A model generated the notes under the pieces. It was not told the DNA's origin, did no database searches, and was given only the letters and a program-made list of their open reading frames with translations. The position numbers were made by a program, and so were the translations under genes. DNA of 64,000 nucleotides from the human T2T-CHM13v2.0 reference genome, Homo sapiens. The stretch lies in the NCBI RefSeq assembly GCF_009914755.1, contig NC_060925.1. One strand, 5' to 3'. Shown here piece by piece: positions 47,015-61,003 of this stretch (its first letter is position 1; every line of letters begins with the position of its first letter).

Positions 47015-47748
47015 TTTTTTTTTTTTTTAATTGATCATTCTTGGGTGTTTCTCGTAGAGGGGGATTTGGCAGGGTCATAGGACAATAGTGGAGGGAAGGT
47101 CAGCAGATAAACAAGTGAACAAAGGTCTCTGGTTTTCTAGGCAGAGGACCCTGCGGCCTTCCGCAGTGTTTGTGTCCCTGGGTACTTGAGATTAGGGAGT
47201 GGTGATGACTCTTAAGGAGCATGCTGCCTTCAAGCATCTGTTTAACAAAGCACATCTTGCACCGCCCTTAATCCATTTAACCCTGAGTGGACACAGCCCA
47301 TTTTTCAGAGAGCACAGGGTTGGGGGTAAGGTCATAGATCAACAGGATCCCAAGGCAGAAGAATTTTTCTTAGCACAGAACAAAATGAAAAGTCTCCCAT
47401 GTCTACCTCTTTCTACACAGACACAGCAACCATCCGATTTCTCAATCTTTTCCCCACCTTTCCCCCTTTTCTATTCCACAAAACCGCCATTGTCATCATG
47501 GCCCGTTCTCAATGAGCTGTTGGGTACACCTCCCAGACAGGGTGGTGGCTGGGCAGAGGGGCTCCTCACTTCCCAGTAGGGGCGGCCGGGCAGAGGCGCC
47601 CCTCACCTCCCGGACGGGGCGGCTGGCCGGGCGGGGGGCTGAACCCCCCATCTCCCTCCCGAACGGGGCGGCTGGCCGGGCGGGGGGCTGACCCCCCCAC
47701 CTCCCTCCCAGACAGGGCGGCTGGCCGGGCGGGGGGCTGACCCCCCCT
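47015..47748 (-). mobile_element. 5'-truncated SVA (SINE-R plus partial VNTR) in intron 3
   Basis: Poly(T), antisense SINE-R (TTGATCATTCTTGGGTGTTTCTC...), VNTR units; TSD AGGAAATCTT at 47005-47014 and 47749-47758. Confidence 0.95.
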
Positions 47749-48087
47749 AGGAAATCTTAACTGAAATAATTGGTTCTGTCAACAGCAGTGGTATGTTAGT
47801 AGCTCTGTCAGTAATTTTTATCTATAACACTAATCTGCCTTAGTAATCAATCTCAAGAAAGATTTTGATAAAAATAGTGGGTAGAAATATTAAAATACTA
47901 CTGCCCACCCACAAAACACAAAAGTTGTATCTTAATCATTCAATACATTTTAAAAAAAGAAAAAAAAAGAGTAATCATTCAATAAATGTCTGTTACTGAA
48001 CCAAAAAATGAAAACACTCTCCCACATTTCAGAGAACACATCACTGGATAATTAATCAACTAATTCGATATATAGCAAAAAAGTTAC

Positions 48088-48519
48088 CTTCTATATACTT
48101 TAAAAGTCTCTGAGGAGGTAATAAAGGGAATCGAATTGGGTCTAGCACTTCCACCACATGTTTTCTTCTTTTTCCCAAATCTTTCAGAATCCATTGCATT
48201 GCAGCTAAGAAGACCTGGTATTCATCCTCAATGCTAAGCTCTTCACTTCGCAAAATTTTGATCAGCTGATCTTTCGTAAGTGCCAGGAACTCTTCTCCAC
48301 TATGAACCTCCAAGAAATGGACATGAATGTAGTTTTCTGAGAATTCCAAGAGATCATGGCAGGCAATTTGCTCAGAGAACTGAAAAATTCCAATGCAGTT
48401 CAGTGGATCAATTTGTCCTTTCAGAAATTCACAGCAAAGATGAACAACTTCAGTCAACTGTAGCATGTCTGCTGCAATAATCAACTCCTGGACATTATTC
48501 ACACCTATGTTCACTATAC
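48088..48519 (-). CDS. IPP: IPP exon 3 (BTB end and BACK domain)
   Basis: GIVNIGVNNVQELIIAADMLQL...LRSEELSIEDEYQVFLAAMQW...KYIE; ctctag acceptor, GAAG|GTAACT donor; 432 nt, phase 1-1. Confidence 0.97.
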
Positions 48520-48810
48520 CTAGAGAAGTAGGAAGACAAAATGGCCAATAAAATAAAAACAAACATTGGCTTACCATATTCAAAAAGTATTATACTTGAT
48601 TTCACTGATAGTTTGATGCCTGCAGAGTAGACAGACACTAAAAAAGGCAATCAAGGATTTGAGTAAAGAGCACAAAATTTAAACGATAACGATACCTAAC
48701 ACATTTATGAAAAACTTACAATGAACCAGGTGCAGTATTAATTGCTTTATATGCTAATTTAACCCTTATTATAATCCCATGTGGTAGATATTATTATTTT
48801 TCTTATTTTC

Positions 48811-49139
<329 letters not shown>

Positions 49140-49220
49140 TCAAAGTTTAAGTCACTTGTCCACAAGTTGCATGGTAAAGCAAGTTGCAAGGTAGGGGTTG
49201 ACATCAAAGTCCATGCTTTT

Positions 49221-49601
49221 GCCATAAAAAAGAAGGAAATCATGTGCTTTACAGCAACACAGATGGAGCTGGAGGCCATGATTCTAAGCAAATTAACACA
49301 AGTACAGAAAACCAAATATCATATGTTCTCACTCATAAATGGGAGCTAAACATTGCATACACGTGGACACCAAGAAGACATGGATACACATTCGGGCCTA
49401 CTTGAGAGTGGAGGGTAGGAGGAGGGTAAAGATTGAAAAACTACCTATCAGGTATTATACTGATTAACTGGGGGACAAAATTATCTACATACCAAGCCCC
49501 CAAGACACACAATTTACCCATGGAACAAACCCGCATATGTACCTCTTGAACCTAAAAGTTGGAAAGAAAAAAAACAAACAACAACAGCAACAACAACAAA
49601 T
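49221..49601 (+). mobile_element. 5'-truncated L1 3' end (L1PA/PB-like)
   Basis: GCCATAAAAAGAAGGAAATCATG...ATGTTCTCACTCATAAATGGGAGCTAAAC...; TSD AAAGTCCATGCTTTT / AAAGTCTATGCTTTT; CAA-repeat tail. Confidence 0.88.
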
Positions 49602-49670
49602 AAAGTCTATGCTTTTAACATAAGGTTATATGCATGTAACAGACATTTACTGAGGCACTGGGGAGAGTAA

Positions 49671-49937
<267 letters not shown>

Positions 49938-50251
49938 TGATCTCAAACTCCTGGGCTCAAGCAATCCACCCACCTCAGCCTCCCAAAGTGCAGGGATTAT
50001 ACACAATGCTAGTTTTTAATATTAGGAATAACCAATAATCTATAACATAAGAGAAACTATTAAATACTTAACTACGTATACCACTTTCTTTTCCAAGGGC
50101 TTCACTTTCTTTTTTTTATTTTTTTATTTTTTTATTTTTTTCGAGACAGAGTCTCACTATGTCACCCAGGTTGGAGTATAGTGGTGCATCCTCGGCCCAC
50201 TACAACCAACACCTCCTGGGTTCAAGTGATTTTCCTGCCTCAGCCTCCTAA

Positions 50252-50628
<377 letters not shown>

Positions 50629-51070
50629 TAGCATGTGCGCCTGTAGTCTCAGCTACTAGGGAGGCTGAGGTGGGAGGATTGCTTGAGCCTAGGAGTTTGA
50701 GACCAGTCTGGGCAACATAGCCAGACATAATCTCTACAAAAAAAATTTAAAAATTAGCCAGGCATGGTGGTGTGTGTTGTGGTCCTACAGGTACTCAGGA
50801 GGCTGAGGTGGGAGGATAGCTTGAGCCCTGGAGGTCAAGCTGCAATGATTTTGCCACTGCATTCCAGCGTGGGTGACAAAGCAAGACTCTGTCTCACAAA
50901 ATAAAAAATAAAAGAGGCTGGGCACAGTGGCTCTCCCCTGTAATCCCAGAACTTTAGGAAGCTGAGGTGAGTGGATCACTTGAGGTCAGGAGTTTGAGAC
51001 CAGCCGGGCCAACATGGTGAAAACCCGTCTCTACTAAAAAAAAAAATACAAAAATTAGCTGGGCATGTTA

Positions 51071-51199
<129 letters not shown>

Positions 51200-51859
51200 T
51201 CACCAAAAAAAAAAAAAAGAGTAATATATATTCACTGTGGAAAAAGAACTTTAAGACAGAAAAACTAAAATGAAAAACATATTTTTCCATACACAGACAT
51301 ACATTGTATTAACACTGTAGTGTCTTTCTTCACATAGTTTTTCTCTCTCTCTTTTTGAGACAGTGTCTTGTTCTGTTGCCCAGGCTGGAGTGCAGTAGCA
51401 TGATCATCACTCACTGAAGCCGCAGCATCCTGGGCTCAAGTGATCATCCCATCTCAGCCTTTCAAATCTTTTTTCTATGCATATTTATTGCATATCCTGT
51501 AAGACTATACATCGTTTTGGTGTGCCTTCTCTTTCTTTCCCCTTCCCCTACTCCCCTCTTCATCATTCCAGTTGTTTTATTTTATTCAGAGATGGGGTCT
51601 CACTCTGTCTCCCAGTCCAGGGTGCAGCAGCTTGATCATAGCTCACTGCAGCCTCAAACTCCTGGATCCTCCCACATCAGCCTCCCGTTAGCTGGGACTA
51701 AAGACACAAGCCACACACCCAGCTAATTAAAAAAAATTTTTTTTTGGCTAGGCGTAGTGGCTCACGCCTGCAATCCCAGTACTTTGGGAGGCCGAGGCAG
51801 GTGGATCACGAAGTCAAGAGATCGAGACCATCCTGGCCAACATGGTGAAACCCCGTCTA

Positions 51860-52093
<234 letters not shown>

Positions 52094-52945
52094 TTACATT
52101 AGTCAGGCATGGTGGCACATACCTGTAGTCACAGCTATGCAGGGTGGTGAGATGGTAGCACTACTTGAGCCCAGGAGATTAAGGCTGCATTGAAGTGTGA
52201 GTGCACCACCACACTCCAGCCTAGACAACAGAGAGAGACCCTGTCTCAAACAAAATTTTTTTTGTTTTAGAAATGGGGTCTTGCTATGTTGTCCTGCATA
52301 GTCTTGAGCTCCTGGCCTCAAGCAATCCTCTCACATTGGCCTCTCGAAGTGCTGGGATTACAGGCATGAACCACTGTGCCCCTGTGTACATTCTCTAATG
52401 TTATTAAAACTCTTCAAAAACATTTAAGAGATAGTTTTGAGTAAAATAACATATGCTGATTATAAACACTTTGTGGAAAAAAATTACCTACAGATAAATG
52501 CTATCAAACATTCTGGCTGCTTTCTCATGTGTAAATACATATAAGTTTTTTTGGGTTGTGTTTCAAACAAAATAGGGGTTTATTTATATCCTGATTTTTA
52601 AAATTTTATATATTGTAAACATTCTTCCATAATAGTATACATATATTTTAAGATTTGTTAGATCTCATTTGTGAGATCTATACATGTATCATAATTTATT
52701 TAGCCATAAAACCTACTGAGACAAGATTTTATTCAATTATATACTACTATAAATAAAGTCACAGGCCAGGCGCAGTGGCTCACGCCTGTAATCCCAGCAC
52801 TTTGGGAGGCCAAGGCGGGCGGATCATGAGGTCAGGAGATCGAGACAATCCTGGCTAACACAGTGAAATCCTGTCTCTACTAAAAATTAAAAAAAAAAAA
52901 AAATTAGCCAGGTGTGGTGGCATGCGCCTGTGTCCCAGCTACTCA

Positions 52946-53122
<177 letters not shown>

Positions 53123-53306
53123 TCACTAATTAATTCCTTCAGATTCCTAGAAAAGGAGCACCGGGTCATAAGATATGAATTTTCAGTCACATAATAACAT
53201 GTTGCTAAATTACCTTCTAGATAAGTTAGATCAATTTATATTTCCACATTAGTGCATGAGTGATTGAATCATTCTTCAGTCAAAGCAACAGACTCATGTA
53301 ACATAC

Positions 53307-53598
53307 CTGTGTAAATGAAATCTAGAAGTATCTGAAAGATTCCTGCTTCAATTCCTAGAATCGGTACAACATCTTTTGAGGACTCTTTCATTCCTCCAGT
53401 GAACAAAGCTGCAAAGTAAGGACTGCTGGCAGCCAAAACCAGCCGATGAGCTTTAAAACTTTCCTGTCCAACTTGCAGCTGCACATCACAGAAATGCTGT
53501 CCATTTCTCATCTTATTGATTTGGGCCAAGATGAGTTGGGCATGTTTATCTGATGAAAAAGGACTATCAGCAGCCTTGGGACAGTCCTCATTAGCCAT
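53307..53598 (-). CDS. IPP: IPP exon 2 coding part (start codon, BTB domain N-terminal part); exon starts at 53648
   Basis: MANEDCPKAADSPF...FCDVQLQVGQESFKAHRLVLAASSPYF...LLDFIYTG is a BTB signature; acceptor tttttcag at 53649; donor ACAG|GTATGT; 292 coding nt, phase 1. Confidence 0.97.
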
Positions 53599-53610
53599 GA
53601 TGACGGTAGA

Positions 53611-53634
53611 TTAATTAAAAGGACTGTTGCCCAT
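53611..53634 (-). promoter_or_regulatory. uORF MGNSPFN* in the exon 2 5' UTR
   Basis: Minus strand AGATT ATG GGC AAC AGT CCT TTT AAT TAA; A at -3 and G at +4; ends 12 nt before the main ATG. Confidence 0.8.
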
Positions 53635-54282
53635 AATCTGTTACTACCCTGAAAAACAAAATACAAAGAGATCAAGCAACAAAATTTTTTTAACATGCTT
53701 TCTATTCACACATAAGAAGCATTCTCTATACTTAAAATCTACTTAAGGACATAAAACAAATAAGGACTAAAGTGTGGTACTATTACTATTTCTAATATGG
53801 TTTCAGAGAATGAAATAAGTAGGGAAGCTAAAATAATTGGAGAATGCTTCACACAAGAAATGGGACCTGCACTAGAAACTGAAAGATAAACAGTTAATAT
53901 TAAGGTATGAGGAGAGGACACTTCTTGATGGAGTAAAAAAAATAATAATAAAACACAAAGACAGAAAGTTAACAAAGCACACATCACAGAGCACACATCA
54001 CAGACAACAGCAACTTTCGAAAAGCAGTTGTGATCAGTCTAACTGCTTAAAATCATTCAATGTGTACACTTCCCGTAGCACACAAAGCCCTTCGGGATTC
54101 TTGTTATAATTTAAGACTCTGTTCAAATATAACTTCCTCCAGGAATCTTTCCCCATTGCTCCTCTGGAATTGTGGAAATATGTTCCCAAACTCATCTGAG
54201 TTTGTTGCTCACCCTAAGCTTATTGGTTTTACATTCTATAGCACAGGTCTACCTTATCAAATACCCTACCACCCTACTCTTA

Positions 54283-54320
54283 GTGCGCGCATGCGCGCGC
54301 ACACGAGCGCGCGCGCGCGC
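54283..54320. repeat. Alternating purine-pyrimidine (GC)n/(CA) tract
   Basis: GTGCGCGCATGCGCGCGCACACGAGCGCGCGCGCGCGC. Confidence 0.93.
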
Positions 54321-55020
54321 TTCAGAGCTCCTTGAAACACAGCCCTTTAAAGGCAGGTACTATCTTTCATAGCTTTAGCACCAGTATATAACATATGTTA
54401 GGTTTCCAATGTTTGTGAAATGAATGAGAACAAGGAGAAATAACAACAGCTTAGGTTGGGTTTTTTTTTTAACTTTTAACTTCTCCACATATTATGTCAA
54501 TGGTAACTCTCACAATAATTAAGAGGTGAGAAGAAAAGATAATCTTATCTAAAATGAGAGAAAAGGAAACTGAAGCTCAAAGTTTCCCCAAGGATACAAT
54601 GTTAGTATGACAGTCTCAGTATCTGAATCCAGGCCTTCTTACTCTAAATCCAGGACTGTTCCACCATATCACACTGCATAGGAATTATTAGGCCACCGGA
54701 CACGTTCTAAATTACTTTTTAAATAAAGAAACTGCTGGGCACAGTGGCTCACGCCTGTAATCCCAGCACGTTGGGATGCTGAGGCGTGAGGATCACTTGA
54801 ATCCAGGAGTTCGAGACCAACCTGACCAACATGACAAAACCCCGTCTCTTCTAAAAATATAAAAATTAGCCAGGCGTGGTGGATCAGGGCTATAATCCCA
54901 GCTACTTGGGAGGCTGAGGCACAAGAATCACCTGAGCCCAGGAGATGGAGGTTGCAGTGAGCTGAGATCACACCACTGCCCTCCGCTCTCCAGCCTGGGT
55001 AACAGAGCAAGACTCTGTCT

Positions 55021-55058
<38 letters not shown>

Positions 55059-55997
55059 ATGAGATCCTGTAATATAAGACATATGGAATAGCACAGGGAA
55101 ATTTAAGATGACTAAGATTTTGTAATTTAGGTATCAATGACAATGGGTAATAAGACTTATAGTGTGGGCTGATGTTAGAAAAAAAATGGTTACGTTTATA
55201 GCATTTAAACTTATCAAAGTCAAAATAACAAGGCTGATTATCATCACTTTCTAGGAATTAACTTATTGAGAAATTTGATTGAGAGATTCGAAGGTAGCTG
55301 CTAAAACTTCATATCACCATCTACAGAATATCAACATATTACATATAACTAGCATATAATAGCAAGAAGTGTTTGAGGTGATGAATATGGTAATTACCCT
55401 GATTTGATAATTATACATTATATACATGTATCAAAATATCACACTGTACCTCATAAATGTAAATATAAAACAATTATTATGTGCCAATTTAAAAAATATC
55501 TATTTTGGGGGACAGGGTCTCACTCTGTCACCCAAATTGAAGTGAAAAATAAATTTTTTAAAGAGGGTGAAAGGGGCTGGGCACAGTGGCTCATACCTGT
55601 AAGCCCAGATTTTTAGGAGGCTGAGGCAGGCAGATCGCTTGAGTCCAGGAGTTTGAGACCAGTCTGGGCAACATGGCTAAACCCTGTCTCTACTAAAAAT
55701 ACAAAAAAATTAGCCAGGCATGATAGCACAGGCCTGTAGTCCCAGCTACTCAGGGGAGGCTGAGGTGGGAGGACCACCTGAGCCAGGGAAGTCCAGGCTG
55801 CAGTGAGCTGAGATGGTGCCACTGCACTCCAGCCTGGACAACAGAGCAAGACCGTGTCTCAACAACAACAACAACAAAAAGCAGGTGCGGTGACTCACGC
55901 CTTTAATCCCAGCACTTTGGAAGGCTGAGGCGGGTGGATCACCAGAGGTCAGGCGTTCAGGACCAGCCTGGCCAACATGGTGACCCCATCTCTACTA

Positions 55998-56156
<159 letters not shown>

Positions 56157-56530
56157 TCAAAAAAAAAAAAGGAAAAAAAGGGGGTGGGGGCGGAGAAACC
56201 ATGTATTTGGCCCTACACAGAAATGTGACCTGGAACTATTATCAACATGACATGACTGTCAGGCCTTTTCTGTTTTACATTTCTGTCAGCACATTTTGAA
56301 CCCTAGTGGTTTAATTACAAGGTACCTCCTCTGTCCCCTACTTCAAGGCATCAAGCACAGCCACTGAGCTAAAATGCTGCCTCCTGCTACAAGAAAGAGT
56401 TGACTGAATATCCATTCGGGTGGCAGACAACAGAAATACTAGTCTGTTACCATGCTTCTCAGTAACTGCTGATACCATCCCACTGTCAGTGGAGTAGGAA
56501 CGTCATCCCAAAAGGTGGCATGTGGAGTGA

Positions 56531-57027
<497 letters not shown>

Positions 57028-57030
57028 CTA

Positions 57031-57237
<207 letters not shown>

Positions 57238-57479
57238 TCAAAAAAAAAAGCAGATTATTAGGAAACGGTAGAAATGCCCAGAGGAACTAAAGCGGACCTA
57301 TGTTTGCTGGCTTTGAATTCACTGCTGGGAACATGTGGAAACTGCTTCAGCAAAGGGGTGTCAGAAAGAATCCCCGGAACAAGTGTCAAAACACCCGTGG
57401 TTCTTTGTGCTTGAGTTGGGGGCCCGGCCTAGAGAGCTAGCCCTAAACTGCTGCTACACTAAAAGCTAATAATCGTTCC

Positions 57480-58260
57480 TGCGCTACCTAAAGGTCAGGG
57501 AAGGGATCTCAGACAAACGAGGCGACAACAGAGGGACTGGGGACACAGCCTCAGGATTCCCCAGTTGGGGCGGGGGAGGCAGGAGCGGTCCGGACGAGAA
57601 GGTCTGGGGAGGGCGACACTTAGACTGTCGGAGGAAGGCCTGCGGCGGCAGAAGGAAAGACAAGGAAATACACAGTTCTAGAGGCTTCTCTCACTCCAGT
57701 CCTCAGGGGTCCGGAAAGCCGGAGGGAGTAGAAGAGGAAGTTCCCAACCCCGTCACAGACGCGCCCGAACGCAGGCCCTCCTTACCCGCCGCTTCCCCTT
57801 CCCTCCGGCGCCCGCTCAGGCCCTGCGCGCGCAGTCGCGACCAGCCCCGGCCGGAGAGGGCGGGGGAAACCTGGCGGGGGTGACGAGGCGGGAGTGACTG
57901 GGCCGTACAGTTCCCCGAGAACTGGAGGCGAAGCCGGGCGGTGGGAAGGGACTTCGGACGCTTCGCGGGCCCTGGGTTTTCACTGCGCGTGCGCGAGGTT
58001 CTTCCGCTCGCGGGAGACTGGGCCGCTGGCGCCTCTCAGTGCCCACTGATGGGGCCCAGGGCTTGGGCTTGCTTCCCCAAGGATCAACAGCCTAGCTGCA
58101 AGCCTCTGCTTCTGCCTGCTGGGGCCGGCTGGCTCGCCCTTTCCATTCCGCTTGCACTCTGATTCTTGTGGTGTCCCAAGAAGGCCGCGGATCTCAGTTA
58201 AGCAGAGACGAGCCGAACACCTGGCACGGTCCTTCTCTACTGTTCTCTCGAATCGTTTTC
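57480..58260. promoter_or_regulatory. IPP: CpG-island promoter of IPP
   Basis: High GC and CpG density; GC box GGGCGGGG near 57858; palindrome TGCGCGCGCA 57824-57833 (NRF1-like); GTACAGTTCCC near 57905 (ZNF143-like); CTTCCG ETS core near 58001; no obvious TATA box. Confidence 0.85.
57786..57880 (-). other. IPP: IPP exon 1 (non-coding 5' UTR); upstream boundary/TSS approximate
   Basis: Minus-strand donor GGCGG|GTAAG (plus CTTACC at 57781-57786) inside the CpG island; no ATG in the exon; the TSS cannot be fixed from sequence. Confidence 0.75.
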
Positions 58261-58545
58261 TGAGTGCATGACTGAGCCTGGCACTGAAGGGATACTTATT
58301 TTGGGGAAGGAAGAACTCAAAAGTCCAGTTTTTTTCACTGTTGACCCTCATGTGTCACATTAGTGGCTTTCAAACTGTTTTGATCCCAGCCTACGGTGAA
58401 CAAAAATATTTTACATCAAACTCAATACCACATACTTGTGAGTATATATATAGAAGTATATATCTAACATAAAATCTCATTTCTTTATTTTTATTTTTAT
58501 TTTTTATTTTTTGAGACGGAATTTCGCTCTTGTTGCCCAGGCTAG

Positions 58546-58677
<132 letters not shown>

Positions 58678-59689
58678 TAGTACAGACTGAGTTTCTCCAT
58701 GTTGGTCAGGCTGGTCTCAAACTCCCCACCTCAGGTGATCCGCCCGACTCGGCCTCCCAAAGTGTATTTCTTTCTCTTTTTATGAGACAGGGCCTGGCTT
58801 TGTCGCCCAGGCTGGAGTGCAGTGGTGCCATCTCGGCTCACTGCAGCCTCGACTTCCTGGGCTCTGGTAGTCCTCCCACCTCAGCCTCCTGAGTAGCTGG
58901 GACTACAGGCCTGTGCCACCACCGCCAGGCTAATTTTTTGTATTTTTAGTAGAGACAAGATTTCGCCATGTTGACCAGGCTGGTCTCCAACTCCTGGGCT
59001 CGAGTGATCTGCCCGCCTCGGCCTCCCAAAGTGCTGGGAGGTGTGAGCCACTGTGCCTGGCCTGAAACAAAATCTTCACAAAACTATGTTTACACTTACG
59101 ACCCGCAGTGCACTAAATTTTTATTTCTTCTTTTCTACTTCATTACCAAAAACTGCTAACAGGGACCTATTGTCAGCAAACATTGTCAAAGACTTGGAAA
59201 TGAGGAAAAGAGAATTCTGTGTGCCCTTTCAGTGTAAGGCTGGACGGATTTGCATCCATAGGGAGCTCTGACTTTCTATTGACTAAAGTATTTCACCAGA
59301 AAACTGGTAGTACTTAAAATAATTCTTGCCCGTCTGTAGAAAAGATACACCAAAACATTGTTTTATTGACCTGTAGCATATTAAGCCATTTTTACCCTTC
59401 TCAGCAAATTCATTTAAACATTCCTGATTCTTAGCAAATTCATGCTACATTCCTAAACATCTTACTGGCTCCCTTATAAGTTAATGAGATAAATAAAATA
59501 TTTGATACTTTTTTTTTATATTTGTAAGAGAGTCATGGTTTTACTCTTCAGAAAATTATACTTCAGCACTACTAAAATCAATTTCATGACTTACTCTGGA
59601 TTACACTTGTGAAAGTTAAGCATACAGATTGGGCCATTCTTCTCATACCCAACGAAAATGGTGGGAGGGGAAACACTGAGGGCACATTT

Positions 59690-60345
59690 CATTGCTCAAA
59701 GAATGTAATTCTCTGCAACCCTGTCTGCTGAAACTGCCTGTTGTAACCTGAAACCAGTTTTACCCAATAGCTATTGAAACAAACTGCCATGACTCAAAGA
59801 CTAGTTTGGTTTTTTGGTGGTTTTTGTTGTTGTTGTTGGTTGTTGTTTTGTTTTTGACAGGGTCTCTCTCCCTGTCACCCAGGCTGAAGTGCAGTGGTGT
59901 GATTGGGGCGGGGCTCACTGCAGCCTTGACTTCCTGGGCTCAATCAATCCTCCCACTTTAGCTTCCCAAATAGTTGGAACTACAGCTGCATACCAGCAAG
60001 CCCAGTTAATTTTTGTCTTTTTTGTAGAGACAGGGTTTCATCATGTTGCCAGGCTGGCCTTGAACTCCCAGGCTTAAGTGATCCACTCACCTAAACCTCC
60101 CAAAGTCCTGGGATTACAGGCTTGAGCCACTGAGCCCAGCCTCAAAGGACTAGTTTTACCCACTGCAGTCACTCACCAATCAGAGCTTGCCAGCAACCTA
60201 AAACTTTCCTAGTGCCAATGAACTTTCTTTCAAAGCCATATGTAACATTTCTCCTTTTTGTAAAACCTCAAAGTGAACCAAAGAACACCCAGTCTGTGTA
60301 TATGCTTTGAATTGCAATTCTTGCCTCCCAAATAAAATGTTAACT
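59690..60345 (+). mobile_element. Old ERV1-type LTR fragment (MER34/MER39-like) with Alu insertion
   Basis: CACCAATCAGAGCTTGCCAGC and TTGCAATTC...CCCAAATAAA motifs; GACTAGTTT duplicated around the Alu. Confidence 0.5.
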
Positions 60346-60539
60346 TTAGAATTGCTTGGACCTGGGAGGCAGAGATTGCAGTGAACTGAGATCATGCCAC
60401 TGCACTCCAGCCTGGGCAAAACAGCAAGACTTTGTCTCAAAAAAAAAAAAATGCTTATAGGCTGCTATAGACTAAATTGTGTCCTCCCCATAATTTACAT
60501 GTTGAAGCCCTAGCCTCCAATGTAATGGTATTTGGAGCT

Positions 60540-61003
60540 ACCACAGTGAGGCAGTGGGATGCGTCTCCCCATAAAAGATAATCGCTAGCCCCTCCCGAAG
60601 GAGAACAGGATCCCAGACGAGCCCCCAAATTTATTGGAAACAAGTGCTTGGCGTAGCCAAAAGAAACCCACACTTAGACAGAAAATTTCTCAGTAAGGCA
60701 CCTTTACTTCTGCAGGATGGTGCTGCTTGCGCCTGTTAAAATCACAAGAGCACACCAAACAAAGGAGGGAAGGAGTTTTTAATCCTAATGCAGTTCCTGT
60801 TTTTGTGTCCTTCCCCTATTGACTGGGGTTGGACTGCACAATCTAAGCTGATCCTGATTGGCTAAGACTTAAACTTTTCCAAATATGGTAAACGCACAAT
60901 TTGCAAAAAGAAGAAGAAGGGGGGCAGGTAGGATTGATTTACAACTTTTACAACTTACGAGCGGAAAGTTGAGTCTTTGAAGAGGCACTTAGTTGTCCCA
61001 ACA
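60540..61003 (-). mobile_element. 3' LTR of the provirus (LTR10-family-like); distal end approximate
   Basis: Starts TGTTGGGACAAC right after the PPT; CCAAT near 60857-60861, ATTAAAAA TATA-like element near 60776-60783, AGTAAA near 60702-60707; abuts a MaLR (MLT1A/MST-like) 5' fragment about 60463-60537. Confidence 0.75.

Noticed and set aside
57816-58351. ORFs over the promoter on both strands
   Set aside because: Expected in GC-rich CpG-island sequence; no recognisable domain or splice structure.
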